DNA of 64,000 nucleotides from an uncultured delta proteobacterium (GTDB lineage: Bacteria; Myxococcota_A; Polyangia; Polyangiales; Polyangiaceae). The notes under the pieces are model-generated. The model saw only the letters and a program-made list of their open reading frames with translations. It was not told where the DNA came from and did no database searches. Shown piece after piece: positions 60,170 to 64,000 of the stretch. The translations under genes and the position numbers were made by a program. The DNA is taken from assembly GCA_963806225.1 (NCBI GenBank), contig CAWDXG010000004.1:1536001-1600000 (forward strand), written 5' to 3'. The stretch's first letter is position 1. Each line of letters opens with the position of its first letter.

Positions 60170-61239
60170 TCCGCCAGGTGCGGCAGCACCTTCTCGCCGA
60201 AGGTGCGGATCGATTCCATGACCAGCTCGTGCGGGACGGTGCCCATCTGCATGACGCAGATGAGCTCGTCGACGCCGATCTCGCGGAAACGCTCGATGTA
60301 CTCGCGCGCGAACACGGGGTCGCCGCACATCGCGTTGAGCTGATCGTCTTCGGTGTTGCGCATCCGCATCGCCCCGTCCAGATCATCGTCGGCGAGGAAC
60401 TCGCGGCTGACGGGCAGCTTGCCGACGGGGCGGTCGCCGCCAAGATAGTATCGCGACAGGCTCTCCGAGAAGAAGCGCGCGCCCCTGAATCCGTAGCGAC
60501 ACGCCTTCCGATCATCGTCGAGGACCAGCGTCGGCGGCGTGCAGGCGAAGTGGTTTGTCACCGCGCGGTCCTCGGGTTCGGCTTTTTCCACTGCCGCGCG
60601 GTAGTCCTCGACCTTCTGGGCGAGGTAGTCGTCGCTGCCGATCGCGAAGTTCAGCGCGCCCATCCCGAGTCGCCCCACCGACGCTGCCGAATCGGGACGG
60701 GTGCAGGCGGCGAACATGGGAGGATGGGGCGTCTGCACCGGCTTCGGCACGATCTGCGTCGGCGGGATCTGGAAGAAGCGCCCCTTGTGTTCGAAGACGT
60801 CGCTCTGCCACATCTTCGGAATGATGCTGACCGCCTCCAACCATTGATCGTGCAAGGTCTCGCGATCCACCTCGAACGCACCTTGCTCCACCAGCGAAGA
60901 GCTCTTGCCGCTGCCCCAGTTGACGCGGCCGCCGGACAGGATGTCCAGCGTGGCGATGCGCTCGGCGATGCGGATCGGATGATTGTACCGGTGAGGAAGC
61001 AGCGTCACACCGTGTCCGATGCGGATGCGCTGGGTACGCGCGGCAACGAACGAAAGGAAAATCTCCGGAGCGGACGAGTGCGAGTATTCGAAGAGCCCGT
61101 GATGCTCGACTTCCCAGATGCAGTGGTAGCCCAGCTTCTCGGCGAGCTCCGCCTGCTCGAGACAATCCGAAAACAGCTGCGCTTCGGCCTGCCGCGTCGG
61201 GTCGGCAATCTGCATCTCGTAGAAGAGCGAGAATTTCAT
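60166..61239 (-). CDS. LLM-class flavin-dependent oxidoreductase
   Basis: WEVEHH, SAPEIFL, RIRIGHGV, AERIATLDILSGGR, PKPVQTPHPP. Confidence 0.92.
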   Translation of the reverse strand: MKFSLFYEMQIADPTRQAEAQLFSDCLEQAELAEKLGYHCIWEVEHHGLFEYSHSSAPEIFLSFVAARTQRIRIGHGVTLLPHRYNHPIRIAERIATLDILSGGRVNWGSGKSSSLVEQGAFEVDRETLHDQWLEAVSIIPKMWQSDVFEHKGRFFQIPPTQIVPKPVQTPHPPMFAACTRPDSAASVGRLGMGALNFAIGSDDYLAQKVEDYRAAVEKAEPEDRAVTNHFACTPPTLVLDDDRKACRYGFRGARFFSESLSRYYLGGDRPVGKLPVSREFLADDDLDGAMRMRNTEDDQLNAMCGDPVFAREYIERFREIGVDELICVMQMGTVPHELVMESIRTFGEKVLPHLAD

Positions 61240-62618
61240 GATACGTCCTCCGATGCGCTTCCGAGGCCGCGCTCGAACCAGTGGGAAAGCCTGCGCGCGG
61301 TCCATCCGCCGGGACCGCTGTCGTTCCGGCGACGTGCAAACGCCGTGAGCATCCCAGCGAGCACGAAGCCCGCGACCGGCTCGCCGCGCACCTTGACCTT
61401 CCCGGACAGCTGGGCGGTCGACAGGTCCTGATGGCCGGAGAGAAGCTCGAGAAAGGTCCGGGCGGACAGCTCGATCACGGCGTCCGGCGGACGAGGGATC
61501 CCGCGCGCGAGGTGCGGGCGACCGCGCTGGACGTGGAGCTCGACGTCGCCGCCCGACGGACCGGCAATGTCGAGGTGGAGCCGCAGGTCCAGACGCCGCA
61601 CCTCCGGCGGGATCTGCGAGCTTGGCGCGGCGCGTCCAGCGGCGGCGACCATCCGCAGGAACACCCGGATGCGCGGATCGAGCCGCCGCGGCGCCTCGGC
61701 CACGTAGCGCTGAATGACCGAGGCGGCAGTGGGGCAGCGCGGCTTCCAGCCGAGCACAGCGCGCGCTCGCTCGCTCGAAACCACCACCTCGATATCCGCA
61801 GCGTCCAGCCACGCGGGGTCGAAGCTGCTCGCGACGCCAAGCCGTTCCAGCACCGGCGAAAGCCTCAGCGCTCCACCGAAAGCGCTCGTAGGCAGTCGCA
61901 CGACACGCATCCCGCCGGCCCGGGCCAGCCCGGCGGCGTCGAGCAGCTCGTCCGCAGAGAGGTTGAACGCTCCCCGCGCGTCGCCCATGAGCGCCAGGAG
62001 GACCGCGTCGGCGACGTCCTCGTCCCACACGATCGGAAGCCGCGCCGCCCCGAAGCTCGGCATCACACCGCGACGCATGGCGTCGCCGAGCGCGTGCGGC
62101 ATGCGCCGGCCGATCAGGATCGCGGGCCTGAGCCGGACCAATCCGAGATCGGGATGGTGCTCCTCGAAGGCGTCGAGCCACTGTTCGACCTCGTACTTGT
62201 TGTCGGCATAGCGGAGCGGGGAGCGCTGTCGCGGCGTTTCCTCCACGATGGGGACCGGCTGGCCGGGCACGACGCCGTACGCCGCGATCGACGAGCTGTA
62301 GACGATGCGGCCAACGCCCTGGGCCGCGGCGTACTCGAACATCCGTTGGCTGCCCTCGACGTTGACGGCGTGCATCAGCTCGGCGGTCGCGCGCCGCGTC
62401 ACGATGAAGGCCAGGTGCACGAGCGCGCTGGCGCCCTCGAGATGGCGGTCCAGCCCCGGATCGCGCACATCGGCGATCTTCCAGTCGAGCTTGGGGCTCT
62501 GCACGGCCGGCGGCTGGAGGTCGAGCGAGACGATGCGCTTGACCTTGCGGGACGCGACAAGGCGCCTGAGGACGAGCGTCCCGAGCTGCCCGGAGCCCCC
62601 CGTCACCACGACTTTCAC
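61236..62618 (-). CDS. NAD-dependent epimerase/dehydratase fused to SCP2 sterol/lipid-binding domain
   Basis: TGGSGQLG, HLAF, NVEGS, SSSIAAYG, YADNK; C-terminal PDAVIEL...LLSG...AQLSGKVKVRG. Confidence 0.85.
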   Translation of the reverse strand: MKVVVTGGSGQLGTLVLRRLVASRKVKRIVSLDLQPPAVQSPKLDWKIADVRDPGLDRHLEGASALVHLAFIVTRRATAELMHAVNVEGSQRMFEYAAAQGVGRIVYSSSIAAYGVVPGQPVPIVEETPRQRSPLRYADNKYEVEQWLDAFEEHHPDLGLVRLRPAILIGRRMPHALGDAMRRGVMPSFGAARLPIVWDEDVADAVLLALMGDARGAFNLSADELLDAAGLARAGGMRVVRLPTSAFGGALRLSPVLERLGVASSFDPAWLDAADIEVVVSSERARAVLGWKPRCPTAASVIQRYVAEAPRRLDPRIRVFLRMVAAAGRAAPSSQIPPEVRRLDLRLHLDIAGPSGGDVELHVQRGRPHLARGIPRPPDAVIELSARTFLELLSGHQDLSTAQLSGKVKVRGEPVAGFVLAGMLTAFARRRNDSGPGGWTARRLSHWFERGLGSASEDVS

Positions 62619-62730
62619 GGCGCACCTCTATCCATGGAGGCCGCAGCATACTCCGCGCGGGAGCATTTTGGCCCCCGAGCCAGTATCAGGTTCCGTGCGC
62701 TTCGGTCCCAGGCGCTATAGTGCCCTCATC

Positions 62731-63249
62731 GTGACTGGTTTCTTCGGACGACGACGCGACGCGGCCCCCGTCAGCGGACCTGGCGCCTCGCAGCTGTACG
62801 ACACTGTGCGCGCCCACCTCCGCGGTGCGGACGACGACTCGGTGCGGATCGTGACCGCCATCGCCGGACTGCTGGCGACCGTGGCCTACGCCGACAGGGA
62901 GTGGTCGGACAAGGAAGAGCAGAGGCTGCGCGCCGAGCTCGGTCGCGTCAACGGGCTCGAAGCGGACGGTGTGGCTGCGATCCAGAGCGCTCTTCGCGAA
63001 AACGTCGTCGAGATCTCGACCACACAGACTCCGCACTACACGCGCGACCTGCGTGCCCTGGCCGATCGCGACCTCCGGCTGGAGGTGCTCGACGTGCTGG
63101 TCGATCTCGCCGCCGCCGACGGGAGCATCTCCTTCGACGAAGTCACAGTTCTGCGCAACACGGCAACCGCCCTCGGGCTGACGCAGGACGACTACAACGC
63201 GATCCAGGATCGCTACCGCGACAAACTGTCGTTCCTTCATTCGTCCTGA
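62731..63249 (+). CDS. TerB-family (tellurite resistance-like) protein
   Basis: VAYADREWSDKE and LAAADGSISFDE...LGL duplicated TerB motifs. Confidence 0.8.
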   Translation: MTGFFGRRRDAAPVSGPGASQLYDTVRAHLRGADDDSVRIVTAIAGLLATVAYADREWSDKEEQRLRAELGRVNGLEADGVAAIQSALRENVVEISTTQTPHYTRDLRALADRDLRLEVLDVLVDLAAADGSISFDEVTVLRNTATALGLTQDDYNAIQDRYRDKLSFLHSS

Positions 63250-63327
63250 CCGGCAGGTGACGCATCGCGGCGCGGGCGCGCGCGTCGATTGCCGGCGACG
63301 AGGAGCGCCCCGCTCTGTTATCCTGGG

Positions 63328-64000
63328 ATGCTCTGTCGACGTTACCCACACGGGGGGTCACCGCGCTGGCGTTGCTGTTCTCCGTTTGCGGCTGGAGCTG
63401 CGCCGCACGCTGGCCTGCCCCGCGTACGGCCATGGCAGCGGCAGCGCCAGCGCACGATCCCGTAGCCGCGATGCGCACGCGCATCGAAGCCCAGCCGGTG
63501 TGCGTGATCTCGGAAGTGTGGTCGGCGGGGCGCCTCGGCTCGAGCGTGCTGTACCGCTTCCGGCGTGACGGCGATCGCCTGCGCGTCGGCTACTTCGTGT
63601 ACTGGTCGACCGAGCGTCCGTGGGGCAACAACGTGCTGACCTACGCCGGCGTCCCTGCCCTGCTCACCGACGCTTTCTACTCGCATTTCCTGTTCGCTCT
63701 TCCCGGCGCGCGAAGCGTCCTCTACGGCCCGGGCGACGTGGAGGGCGCACGCGTCGACTACCGTATCCGGCCCGACGGCAGCCTGGCTGTGCTCGGGGGC
63801 ATGGCGAACGACGCGACCCACCGGGAGGTCAAGCTGTCACGTTCGGATCTTCTGGACGCGCGCGGTCGCGTGATCCTGATGACGCGCGTGTGGAGCCACC
63901 AGCTCGGAGCACACGGAGGAGCCGCCTACGCAGCCCACCGCTCCGGCGCTCTGAGTTGCTTTGACCAGAGGTCGCTCGAGCCGCTCTCGACGCGCGTAGC
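63328..64000 (+). CDS. Hypothetical exported protein, truncated by window end (start uncertain)
   Basis: Stop-free frame from 63261 to the end: ...LALLFSVCGWSC...VGYFVYWSTERPWG...GPGDVEG...WSHQLG; the ATG at 63328 is out of frame, so the start is TTG 63372 or there is an indel. Confidence 0.55.

Noticed and set aside
62731..63249. TerB as part of a ter/anti-phage stress island
   Set aside because: A single TerB-like gene with no other ter or defence genes nearby.

Overview
Very GC-rich bacterial chromosomal segment whose gene content (giant TPR proteins, PEGA, FHA, vWA and Ser/Thr-kinase proteins, many lipoproteins) points to Myxococcota, probably Polyangiales-like; this assignment is inference. 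It holds tRNA-Leu(GAG), housekeeping genes (thrC, rlmE, rplC, rplS, glgP, a gcdH-like gene), two hybrid histidine kinases, an FHA/PP2C/FHA-ABC signalling cluster and two intergenic mosaics of one GTAG-type REP-like repeat family. The best candidate for a new system is a three-gene MNIO (DUF692) RiPP-type cassette at 24.8-26.9 kb. Its putative precursor is a lipoprotein with an acidic linker and two Lys-rich K-[AS]-S-C-G-A motifs, and it is preceded by a perfect TTGAC-N4-GTCAA palindrome. Many genes between about 10 and 48 kb are split by frameshifts that look like long-read indel errors, so their coordinates are reconstructed and approximate. No CRISPR array, rRNA, transposase or integrase was seen. 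All family assignments come from motifs recognised by eye; no database search was run.
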